Below are positions 1 to 8,263 of a stretch of DNA of 64,000 nucleotides, piece by piece. Numbering within the stretch: the stretch's first letter is position 1; every line of letters begins with the position of its first letter. Origin of the DNA: a virus. Its lineage: Duplodnaviria > Caudoviricetes. The position numbers were made by a program, and so were the translations under genes. The stretch lies in IMG/VR virus record IMGVR_UViG_3300027374_000001; one strand, 5' to 3'. Below the pieces are notes generated by a model that searched no databases, was not told the DNA's origin, and saw nothing but the letters and a program-made list of their open reading frames with translations.

Positions 1-103
1 CTTTATCTTCTTTTTGCTGCTCGTCCTGGGATTCATTGATGGGATATAAGCCTAACCCCAAATCCCCTTGTTCCTGAATAACCGTTCCGTACTGCTGTTC
101 CAT
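1..103 (-). CDS. hypothetical protein, 5' part (runs off window start)
   Basis: ATG at 103 after AAGGAGG SD; open frame MEQQYGTVIQEQGDLG... to the window edge; class I promoter motif at 118-134. Confidence 0.6.
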   Translation of the reverse strand, partial: MEQQYGTVIQEQGDLGLGLYPINESQDEQQKEDK

Positions 104-146
104 TTATACTCACCTCCTTCAAAAATATAATATATAAATGAAAATA

Positions 147-854
147 TTAAGATTTCGATCTTAATGTAGTCGGAGTATAATTACCCTCATTTACGATATT
201 CGTATTCAAATGGGCTCCAATCATATAAGCACTCATTAGGTTCTTAGATAGGAAATCATCTTTATCTACCTTTACATCATCTAAATGTAATACACCGGTA
301 GTCCCAATTATTGCATTAGCCATATTCTTAGACTTCATAGAGTCCGCCCTAAACGTAGAGAACTCGTCAACGGTATTATTCATAGACTGAACTTCCATAG
401 ATTCAAATTCTCTATCTGATGTTACAGCACCTTTATCTGCTCCAATTAAGCGCCCACCCTTCATATCTCTGTTAGATACAGAAATAGCCCATTTATTTTT
501 CTTTGTTATGAATTGCTGGACCTTTTTATGATGTAAATATACAACTGTACATTCTTTAGACTGCACTGGATTTCCATCCTTATCCTCATAAACCCAAGGC
601 ATATTAATCTTCTCGCTTAAGGGAACACCAATAAAGTTCAATGCTTCTTCTATGTCATCCATCGTAGGTTCAGTAACTGATGGGCGATAATAAAATTTAC
701 CAGGATATTTCTTTGCAATAAATGAATGAAATTGAGAATCACTCATTTTACTAAACAAATCTTTGTAATACTCTGAATTAGTACCAGATTTGTCCAAGAT
801 ATTAAAAGAACTTATTATAAGTTCTTCTATTTCTTCTCTTTGCTTTTTATTCAC
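147..854 (-). CDS. multisubunit RNA polymerase beta subunit, C-terminal fragment (probably virion RNAP)
   Basis: PVQSKECTVVYLHHKKVQQFITKK...GADKGAVTSDREFESM...DEFSTFRADS aligns by eye to the RpoB C-terminus (PVTVGYMYMLKLHHLVDDK...GGQRFGEME...QEILTVKSDD); split beta is typical of jumbo phages. Confidence 0.7.
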   Translation of the reverse strand: MNKKQREEIEELIISSFNILDKSGTNSEYYKDLFSKMSDSQFHSFIAKKYPGKFYYRPSVTEPTMDDIEEALNFIGVPLSEKINMPWVYEDKDGNPVQSKECTVVYLHHKKVQQFITKKNKWAISVSNRDMKGGRLIGADKGAVTSDREFESMEVQSMNNTVDEFSTFRADSMKSKNMANAIIGTTGVLHLDDVKVDKDDFLSKNLMSAYMIGAHLNTNIVNEGNYTPTTLRSKS

Positions 855-1269
855 CTATTACACCCCCTGGAGATATTGGCATCCCGACCACTCCAATCGT
901 ATCTTTATCTTTAGGCTTAACTATAAAGCTAGGATCTACTTTATCGCATTTATGACAATGCTTTGGAACTAATTTTCTAATGTCTATTATATCTCGTATA
1001 TCAACACTTTCAGTTTGTGAATTGCAATCACCAGACATATCTATTTCTAAGATGGCAGTTTCCTTCATTCCAAAACCGTTACATCTTGCTCTATGCTGCA
1101 CCTTTATTTCTGTAATCTTTCCTTCTCCCATAGCTATCCTTCCATTTTTTCTAAAACTGATAGCTACGTTATCTCCTTCATTAACTATTAGATTATTACT
1201 TTCCTTATCATCATATGTCAAATTAATTTCCACAAAATGCCTAACTCGACTTTCATTTCTTAAAAGCAT
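847..1269 (-). CDS. hypothetical protein
   Basis: 140-aa ORF, AAGGAGG SD, overlaps the start of the next gene. Confidence 0.75.
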   Translation of the reverse strand: MLLRNESRVRHFVEINLTYDDKESNNLIVNEGDNVAISFRKNGRIAMGEGKITEIKVQHRARCNGFGMKETAILEIDMSGDCNSQTESVDIRDIIDIRKLVPKHCHKCDKVDPSFIVKPKDKDTIGVVGMPISPGGVIGE

Positions 1270-1300
1270 ACTATAATTCCTCCTTATGTAATGCGTATAT

Positions 1301-1312
1301 TAATGTAATGTT
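1301..1312 (-). promoter_or_regulatory. class II (late-like) promoter AACA-N6-TA
   Basis: AACA-TTACAT-TA about 30 nt upstream of the 1269 start; matches the AR9 late promoter consensus; recurs at several gene starts. Confidence 0.55.
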
Positions 1313-1387
1313 TAAGGAGAAAAAATAATCCGGGTGCCGGATTACCGACACCCAGAAATAATAAGGAAACCAAAAACCCGATTTCGA

Positions 1388-1462
1388 TGGGCCATATAGG
1401 ACTCGAACCTATGACCGACCGGTTATGAGCCGGTTGCTCTAACCAAGCTGAGCTAATGGCCC
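1388..1462 (-). tRNA. tRNA-Ile2 (anticodon CAT, lysidine type; elongator Met less likely)
   Basis: GGGCCATTAGCTCAGCTTGGTTAGAGCAACCGGCTCATAACCGGTCGGTCATAGGTTCGAGTCCTATATGGCCCA forms a cloverleaf; body resembles Bacillota tRNA-Ile(CAU); no encoded CCA. Confidence 0.9.
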
Positions 1463-1824
1463 GGGTTAAGATCGCCAACGTATGCTAACTGCATCTGCTG
1501 TTGCCTCTCTCGGCGAGCTATATCTCAGACTCTTTTCTTTTGATTCAGTGCTGAGTCTTACACATTACCATTCAATTACCGCCACTTGCGGAGCAGGTGT
1601 TAACACTTACACTGCGATTCTCTTTCGGAGCGAGCTCTAACCCCAATCGCTACACGATTAACACTCATTACATTTTGGTATAGCACTGCTGTACTCTAAC
1701 CGCCATAGCCGCACCCTGCATTCTACGCAGATACTGCCGGCTTTTCTTAGCGGCCGTGCACCATAGGCCGGTATCGTTACTGCCCCCCAGCAATTACCGA
1801 CAACGATTCGGCAGAGATTAACCC
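1463..1824 (-). ncRNA. putative large structured non-coding RNA between two tRNAs
   Basis: GC-rich island; ends pair (GGGTTAA/TTAACCC); many internal stems; 3' end abuts the tRNA-Ile 5' end; no credible ORF. Confidence 0.65.
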
Positions 1825-1835
1825 ACTCAGCCGAA

Positions 1836-1907
1836 CTGGGCATATTGGATTCGAACCAACGAATTCAGGAGTCAAAGTCCCGTGCCTTACCTCTTGGCGA
1901 ATGCCCA
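1836..1907 (-). tRNA. tRNA-Gln (TTG)
   Basis: TGGGCATTCGCCAAGAGGTAAGGCACGGGACTTTGACTCCTGAATTCGTTGGTTCGAATCCAATATGCCCAG forms a cloverleaf with U1-A72, typical of tRNA-Gln. Confidence 0.93.
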
Positions 1908-1980
1908 TTATTAGCACTATGCTTTATTTTCTATCAATTATATGTATAACTATTTTTATTTTACTACAATTATAAATAAA

Positions 1981-2007
1981 AGAGGGACAGCATATTTCTG
2001 TCCCTCT
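1981..2007 (-). terminator. intrinsic terminator
   Basis: AGAGGGACAG/CTGTCCCTCT stem flanked by T-rich tracts. Confidence 0.7.
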
Positions 2008-2016
2008 TCCTTTTTG

Positions 2017-2463
2017 TTAACCTTCGATTATCAGATCTTCTAATTTTCCTGCACAATTTTTATTATTAAGCATTAACCGGAATAAGAATCCTTCGCTGTC
2101 TTTGACAGGTTTGCGGTCTTCAAAATCCAAAACCGTAATATCGTTTAGCCCAAGTAAATTAATTTTCTTACATGGATTTATGCGCAGAACTCCAAAAGGT
2201 TTTCCATAAAAAGTGTCTACAACGTTAATTGTAACCGACCCAAGGATGCTAATGCTGTCTCCTTTAGCCGAAGGATTGTTTTCACTAACCCGACTGCTGA
2301 TACTATCGATTGATCTCTTTGATGCCAATGAGTAGAAAATAATATCGGTCTTTAAGCCCGTAAGGATATGCCTACATTCGAGTTTCACCTTGATCTTTCC
2401 AAAAAATCTACCTCTCTTAATGCTAAGCTTAGTTCTTGTTGTGTTATACATACCATGAATCAT
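2017..2463 (-). CDS. hypothetical protein
   Basis: 148-aa ORF with AAGGAG SD. Confidence 0.7.
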   Translation of the reverse strand: MIHGMYNTTRTKLSIKRGRFFGKIKVKLECRHILTGLKTDIIFYSLASKRSIDSISSRVSENNPSAKGDSISILGSVTINVVDTFYGKPFGVLRINPCKKINLLGLNDITVLDFEDRKPVKDSEGFLFRLMLNNKNCAGKLEDLIIEG

Positions 2464-2485
2464 AATTGTTCTCCTTTTCTTTTTA

Positions 2486-2920
2486 TTATTTTAATATGGT
2501 TACTAATTCTCCGTTTTCCTCCTTTAAAGAAATACTAAGAGTTGGATCTATTATCTCTCCATAGAATTCACTATGCATAAGAATTTCATTAGTAGAAATC
2601 CTTATTTTTGTAGATGCATACATAAACTTAAAATCTTCCATGGAAACGGACTTTGGGACAGGCCCATCGTTTAGCCTTACTTCGATTTTATTTATACCCA
2701 TAGTAGCACAAATAGTCATACATTTATTTTCTCTCAATGCCAAAACACTCTTAATTGTACTTGGATTTCCAGAAACAGCTATAACAATATCAAAAAATCC
2801 GGTAGATATAAATAATAAATTTTTACCATCATATTTTATTTCTTTAATCTTGCTTGCTGGTACCTTTATCATCTGTAATCTTACACTCCTTCGCATTAGT
2901 ATTATTCTATCCATTCCCAA
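2486..2920 (-). CDS. hypothetical protein
   Basis: 144-aa ORF in an operon-like run. Confidence 0.7.
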   Translation of the reverse strand: MGMDRIILMRRSVRLQMIKVPASKIKEIKYDGKNLLFISTGFFDIVIAVSGNPSTIKSVLALRENKCMTICATMGINKIEVRLNDGPVPKSVSMEDFKFMYASTKIRISTNEILMHSEFYGEIIDPTLSISLKEENGELVTILK

Positions 2921-3315
2921 TCATATCTATGAATATGAAATACCCCTCTATAGTTCTTATGTTTTTCATACCCTAATGATTTTGTGATTTTGATTTTTCC
3001 AATACATTTTACACGTACTCGTTTCAATGACCAAACTTCTCCAGTTTCTTTACAATCTCTTACCTGATAAATTTTGGGTTTATATATTTGAAAATTTTTC
3101 AGGTCTTCTGGAACGTACACATAAAAGATAGTTCTAACCGCCGGAATCAATGCGGATATACATTGATCTATAGAAGGAGCAAAACTAACTCTTGGTATAC
3201 TCGTATCTTCGAATGATGGTACCGCCATAGACGATACCTTAGGAACAGCAATTTTAATCCTACCAGATTGTGATAAATGGTAGTAATTAGTACTTGTATC
3301 TCTTTGTTTTGTCAT
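2902..3315 (-). CDS. hypothetical phage protein, possible ADP-ribosyltransferase-like fold
   Basis: YYHLS...PRVSFAPSIDQCISAL...DCKETGEVW pattern (H/S/E spacing); fold call is tentative. Confidence 0.45.
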   Translation of the reverse strand: MTKQRDTSTNYYHLSQSGRIKIAVPKVSSMAVPSFEDTSIPRVSFAPSIDQCISALIPAVRTIFYVYVPEDLKNFQIYKPKIYQVRDCKETGEVWSLKRVRVKCIGKIKITKSLGYEKHKNYRGVFHIHRYDWEWIE

Positions 3316-3949
3316 ATATCCTGATATTTACACCTCTTTCTTCTAACAGGTTTAGTTCCCTCATATAATGATATTCTCTACTCATAAGAACATCAGATAC
3401 ATCTTTCAATGATAAGTTATCCACGTAATCAGTTACCCCAAATACTCCTTCCAGCTCATCAATTATATAAATCCATCTAGAAAATTCTTCGTTAGAGGAC
3501 ACAAGCCTTTTCTCTCCAGAATTGTACTGAATCAGCGCAAAATCGGTCAACTCGATTCCTCTACTCCTCAAATACTTAAGAAAATCTAAGAAGAATTTAT
3601 TTTCTGTGACTTTAAGATTTTGGTATCGAACCTTACGGTTTCTAATGATTTTCACATGACTGTTAAAATTAACCATTAAAAACTCATCATATGGGATATT
3701 GAATACTAGTCTATTTACATTTATTTGGTATTTAGACTGGTCGCTTAATGGGCTATTAGTATCTACAAACTTCTTATACATGTAAGAAGCAATCTGGTAT
3801 TCCTTTACTCTATTCTCTTTATCCTTCGTGGCTTCCATCACTGATATAATTTCGTCCTTTATCTCGGCTCCAGTGTAGAATATCTTATCATTGTTGAACA
3901 AAAATGTTTCAATCGGAATATAGGATTTAAAATTCTTCTTCGTGTTCAT
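3287..3949 (-). CDS. hypothetical protein
   Basis: 220-aa ORF overlapping its neighbours. Confidence 0.75.
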   Translation of the reverse strand: MNTKKNFKSYIPIETFLFNNDKIFYTGAEIKDEIISVMEATKDKENRVKEYQIASYMYKKFVDTNSPLSDQSKYQINVNRLVFNIPYDEFLMVNFNSHVKIIRNRKVRYQNLKVTENKFFLDFLKYLRSRGIELTDFALIQYNSGEKRLVSSNEEFSRWIYIIDELEGVFGVTDYVDNLSLKDVSDVLMSREYHYMRELNLLEERGVNIRIYDKTKRYKY

Positions 3950-4448
3950 CAGACAATTCCTCCTTTTTGATTTCCTTTAACTCTGCCTTTAAATCATGGA
4001 TAATTGCATTGAATAATCTGTTATCACAGCTCTTATCTATGAATTCATCGCAGGTTACTACAAGATATGGCAATTGAAGAAGGTCAAGATATTCCTCCGC
4101 TAAATCCATCCATTCTATTTCTGAAATCGATGTAACATGTGCTCTTTCTGGAAGAATGCAGCTAATAGGACTAATGTTGCTGTTGCTTGGAGTTTTATAT
4201 CCGTCTATTCCTATTTTTAACCATCCACGACAAGCATTGGCCGAATCGTAATATTCTGTATCATACTTGTTCCCCAGCATAGTATTCCAATTTACCATAA
4301 ATTGATATGCATCACGCGAAAGATTATTAGGATCTTCATTTTTTGTGTCTTCTACATGCACTACAGATTCACCCAATATGATAAAACAATCAATCCGATG
4401 CTTTGCCGCTATGTCTCCTAATTCTTTTAATAACATCATTTCTCTCAT
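3927..4448 (-). CDS. hypothetical protein
   Basis: 173-aa ORF, AGGAGG SD. Confidence 0.75.
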   Translation of the reverse strand: MREMMLLKELGDIAAKHRIDCFIILGESVVHVEDTKNEDPNNLSRDAYQFMVNWNTMLGNKYDTEYYDSANACRGWLKIGIDGYKTPSNSNISPISCILPERAHVTSISEIEWMDLAEEYLDLLQLPYLVVTCDEFIDKSCDNRLFNAIIHDLKAELKEIKKEELSDEHEEEF

Positions 4449-4539
4449 TTGTCTTTCCTCCTATGGAATTATAATATTTTTGTATTTCACTATAATATTA
4501 TATAATTACCTTCCAGCAATTTCACAAAAAATAAATATA

Positions 4540-4563
4540 GGCTACACTCGTGTGAGTGTAGCC
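4540..4563 (-). terminator. intrinsic terminator
   Basis: GGCTACACTC/GAGTGTAGCC stem followed by TATTTATTTTT on the minus strand. Confidence 0.7.
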
Positions 4564-4568
4564 CCTTT

Positions 4569-5756
4569 TTATCTATTAGCTTTGTTGATAACCAATACAT
4601 AATATTTTAGTATAGATTTGTAATAAGACGATTTCGTTTCTGGACGGCTTCTTCTCTTCCTATATTGTGGAGATTTTTCATCTAGCCACCCTTCGATTAT
4701 TTCCTTTTGTCTAAGGATATTTTTATTCTTGGTATTAGGTTTTGAAGTTATAGATTTAGAAACAAAATCTGTACTTGCAAGGTTTTTATTCGTAGAAACT
4801 TGAAAATACTCGGCGATTATAATGCGAAACAACTCCTTAATCTCTCCCAGACATACTTTATCATCTTGAATTCCTTCTATGATAGATTTGACTTCGTTCA
4901 CTTTCACATTAGTATCAGATGCATATGTACATAGTCTAAAGTCTACGTTATTATTATTTATGAAATTCATTGCATTTTCCACTGCTCTTTCGATTCGGAG
5001 AGAATCATTATCTGCAAGTCTAAACGAATCCTCATTATCCATATCAGAATCGTATGTCAGATAGTTTTTATTCTCATGAGCTTCATAGTATAATGATGCT
5101 ATATTAATTATGAATGATTTAATTCTACCGTGAAGCTGTTTAATAATTTCAGCATTCTCTTCATCGTCCATATCTCCCTTTATAGTAGGACCGTATTTTG
5201 TTAGCCAAGTTCTACATATAGATCGTATAGCTCCAAATAAACTTCCTTCCCTTTTGAGATCAAATTTCATAGTAAGCATATTGTTTACTACATATTCCAT
5301 TATATGTCTATACTCACTTGGTTGAGCTTTTGGAAACTGCCCGTAGTGAATCGACGGATAAAATCTACCACTAAATGCTAAATATATCGCAGATATCTCC
5401 GCATTAACTTTGTCTCCTTTTTTAAGAAAATATCTTATGATCATCATCATGGTCATAGTCAATTCATCTTTAGCTGCTGCCGGAGAAAAGTTCATTTTCC
5501 AATAATAGGTTTCAGTTAATAACTCACGAATCTGCTCCTTAGTAATATTAATTGATTTAAAAAAATCCTGGGTTTCATCTTCTCCAAACATCAATCTCGA
5601 ATAAGGAGCAGTATCGTAAATATCTTTCGACCGAGCATTAAAGAATTCTTGAAGATTCCTTTTATATTTAGCAGTATTAGATGATAATGACTTACTTACT
5701 AATGGATATATTTTCTTAACAGCCACGCTTGTTATTGGGACTCTTATAGTTGCCAT
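4569..5756 (-). CDS. hypothetical jumbo-phage protein (late-class promoter)
   Basis: 395-aa ORF, AGGAGG SD, AACA-N6-TA at 5779-5790. Confidence 0.8.
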   Translation of the reverse strand: MATIRVPITSVAVKKIYPLVSKSLSSNTAKYKRNLQEFFNARSKDIYDTAPYSRLMFGEDETQDFFKSINITKEQIRELLTETYYWKMNFSPAAAKDELTMTMMMIIRYFLKKGDKVNAEISAIYLAFSGRFYPSIHYGQFPKAQPSEYRHIMEYVVNNMLTMKFDLKREGSLFGAIRSICRTWLTKYGPTIKGDMDDEENAEIIKQLHGRIKSFIINIASLYYEAHENKNYLTYDSDMDNEDSFRLADNDSLRIERAVENAMNFINNNNVDFRLCTYASDTNVKVNEVKSIIEGIQDDKVCLGEIKELFRIIIAEYFQVSTNKNLASTDFVSKSITSKPNTKNKNILRQKEIIEGWLDEKSPQYRKRRSRPETKSSYYKSILKYYVLVINKANR

Positions 5757-5797
5757 ACCAAACCTCCTGATAATGTATTATCAGGATGTTTTTCCTC

Positions 5798-6787
5798 TTA
5801 CGTATTCGGAGCATTTATAATTTTAGTAAAGGTATCCACCGCATAATTACAATTCTCAAATATGCATTTATCTGTTTGGAATCCCGCAGCTTGCCTGTGC
5901 CCTCCTCCTCCAAATTTAACAGCTAACTCCTCTACATCTAAATTATCTCTATTAGTGAACAATGAATAATTCCATTGACCATTAAGACCATTATAATAAA
6001 ATGGGATAACTATGTCGTATTTATCCACTAAGTTTCCAAACATCAAGCTGTTTCCTTTACGATTTAACGCAAATGCATTATATCCGCAAAAGTTAACTTT
6101 AAACCCATACATATTTACATGATAATTATTATTTTCAAACTCTAAATATTTTTTCACACCAGCTCCAATAAGTTTATATTGTTCTATTAATTCTAATGCT
6201 TTTTCCTTATTACTACTCCATAATAAAATACGGAATACTGGATCTTGAGGATCTATAACGTTAAATCCGTAATGAATATCATTAGTCTCCGGAAACTGTT
6301 TTTTCCAGCAATCATAGTCATCAATATATTTCAAAAATACTGGAAATTCTGGAACTTTTGATAATTTCACACTATGTTCAATAACTTCTTGGAAATTTAC
6401 ATTACTAGTATTAAGAAATAGCCAAGTTAATACAGCACCACAATACCTATTACTTCTGTATCCGCTTATTTCTGGAATGTCTTTATCTATTGATGACTTA
6501 TGATGGTCAATCCAATATATATTTGATCCTTTACCTTCCATCTTAAATCTTTCATGCAATCTTATAAGATTCTCATAATTTTTTGCACCACTAAACGAAT
6601 AATCAAGAAAGAATACTTCTTGTACTTCATCAGCATCTATGTCTTCTAATTCGAGATCGCATGAGTAATCTACCATACGAAAATCCAGCGGTATAGATGA
6701 TTCAACTCTCTTATAATAATCTGCAAGTACTGCTGCTGCTACTATTCCATCGTGATCATTATGGTGATAACAAATTATTTTCTTCAT
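5798..6787 (-). CDS. DHH/DHHA1 family phosphoesterase (NrnA-like)
   Basis: HHNDHDG, FLDYS, WIDHHKS and C-terminal GGGGHRQAAGF motifs. Confidence 0.9.
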   Translation of the reverse strand: MKKIICYHHNDHDGIVAAAVLADYYKRVESSIPLDFRMVDYSCDLELEDIDADEVQEVFFLDYSFSGAKNYENLIRLHERFKMEGKGSNIYWIDHHKSSIDKDIPEISGYRSNRYCGAVLTWLFLNTSNVNFQEVIEHSVKLSKVPEFPVFLKYIDDYDCWKKQFPETNDIHYGFNVIDPQDPVFRILLWSSNKEKALELIEQYKLIGAGVKKYLEFENNNYHVNMYGFKVNFCGYNAFALNRKGNSLMFGNLVDKYDIVIPFYYNGLNGQWNYSLFTNRDNLDVEELAVKFGGGGHRQAAGFQTDKCIFENCNYAVDTFTKIINAPNT

Positions 6788-6790
6788 TTT

Positions 6791-8245
6791 TTAATCCTCC
6801 TGTAATTCTAATTCTTTTTCTCCTTGGAACTGCAAAATTTTATTTTGTAATTTTGCCGGATTTACTGTACCGTTAACGTTATTTTTATTCCATAATTCTT
6901 CTGCATCTGATTCATTCACATCAAACGATTTAATCATATTTAAAGCTGGTCCTTTGTTAATACTTCCTACGTTAAGCGCAAGATCAAACCTACCGTCACG
7001 TGTAATAGCAGGATCTAATCTATCTAAATGATTAGTAGTAGCTATAAATATTACATTAGTAGGAGAGGACGATGAATCCAAAAATTGAAGTAATTTGTTG
7101 ACAGCTTCATATTTATCAGTTTCAGCATTATCCATTACTCTATCAATGTCTTCTAATACTATCACATACATATTTCCATCAGCATTAATACTGTTGGTAA
7201 TATAATCAATATTCATTTTACAAAAATTACTCATATCAATAATAATCATATCTAAATCATATTCTGTACAAATCATTCTAGATATTGTAGATTTTCCAGT
7301 TCCTGGTTCTCCATATAACAGGATTCCGGTCTTATATAACAAATCTCTGGATTTATATTTATTCTTGTTTGAAAGGAACCTATCGATATGAGCAAACAAT
7401 CGGTTATTTATATCTTTATTCATAAATACGGTTTCTTTGCTTCTTGTACTTAATGATTTATAATATACTTCTACATTAGGATCACGATTAGAAGAATGAG
7501 ATACAGTATAACACCCAATACTTTTTCTAAAACTTGTTAAAGAATCAAATAACTTTATTAGGGCAAAGCATTGTTTACCATATATATCTACAAGAATGGT
7601 TTTATATGATATAAATGATCCTCCGTTAAGTATATCATAAGTATTCATTGCACTTTTTATAGCATCTCCGGTTCTTAACCTTACTATGGTATTACCATCT
7701 ATTATAATAAAATAATCGACAATTCTAAACTCATATTCGTATTTTGAAATTCTTTTAATACGAGTTTTCCACTTTTTATCATATTTAGATAACCACTTTA
7801 AGAATCTAATCATTGATTCTTGATTTAAATTTAATCTTGTACTAGTGTGAAATTTATTTAAGATTTGTAACTTTGCAAAATCATATATTTTATTTTTAAT
7901 ATTAGCATTCATATCGTATTTAGCCTCCTCCTTATCAATTCCTATTATTAGCATTTTATCAGTACGTATCGTTCTAAGATTACGACGGCGGGCACAGAAT
8001 CGTCTATCTGCCATCGAATTAAATAACATATATGCTCCATTTCTTTTGTTATCGCCCCATCTGATTGAAATAATATTATTTGCAAATATCATTCTTCTAT
8101 CAAGTTTAGTAGAAATGTCAAACAGTGTTTTAGCAGAAGAAGTAGAGCCCTTAATAATTTTTAATAAATTGTAATGGGCCGACTCTTCGTCTAACGAATA
8201 ATATTCATTAGCTTCAAACAAAGTATTCACCACTCTTTCTAACAA
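6791..8245 (-). CDS. AAA+ ATPase, BCS1-like
   Basis: GILLYGEPGTGKST Walker A, IVLEDID Walker B, TTNHLDRLDPAITRDGRFD SRH. Confidence 0.85.
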   Translation of the reverse strand: MLERVVNTLFEANEYYSLDEESAHYNLLKIIKGSTSSAKTLFDISTKLDRRMIFANNIISIRWGDNKRNGAYMLFNSMADRRFCARRRNLRTIRTDKMLIIGIDKEEAKYDMNANIKNKIYDFAKLQILNKFHTSTRLNLNQESMIRFLKWLSKYDKKWKTRIKRISKYEYEFRIVDYFIIIDGNTIVRLRTGDAIKSAMNTYDILNGGSFISYKTILVDIYGKQCFALIKLFDSLTSFRKSIGCYTVSHSSNRDPNVEVYYKSLSTRSKETVFMNKDINNRLFAHIDRFLSNKNKYKSRDLLYKTGILLYGEPGTGKSTISRMICTEYDLDMIIIDMSNFCKMNIDYITNSINADGNMYVIVLEDIDRVMDNAETDKYEAVNKLLQFLDSSSSPTNVIFIATTNHLDRLDPAITRDGRFDLALNVGSINKGPALNMIKSFDVNESDAEELWNKNNVNGTVNPAKLQNKILQFQGEKELELQED

Positions 8246-8263
8246 AATAAGCTCAGTAACCCA

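Noticed and set aside
1463-1824. RNase P RNA, tmRNA or group I intron; also ORFs 1284..1478 and 1658..1843
   Set aside because: Signature motifs not found; GAGATATAGCTC only loosely resembles the group I S element and no interrupted gene flanks it; the ORFs overlap tRNAs and lack an SD
4569-5756. Sigma-like promoter-specificity subunit or nuclear-shell protein
   Set aside because: No motif recognisable by eye; needs a profile or structure search
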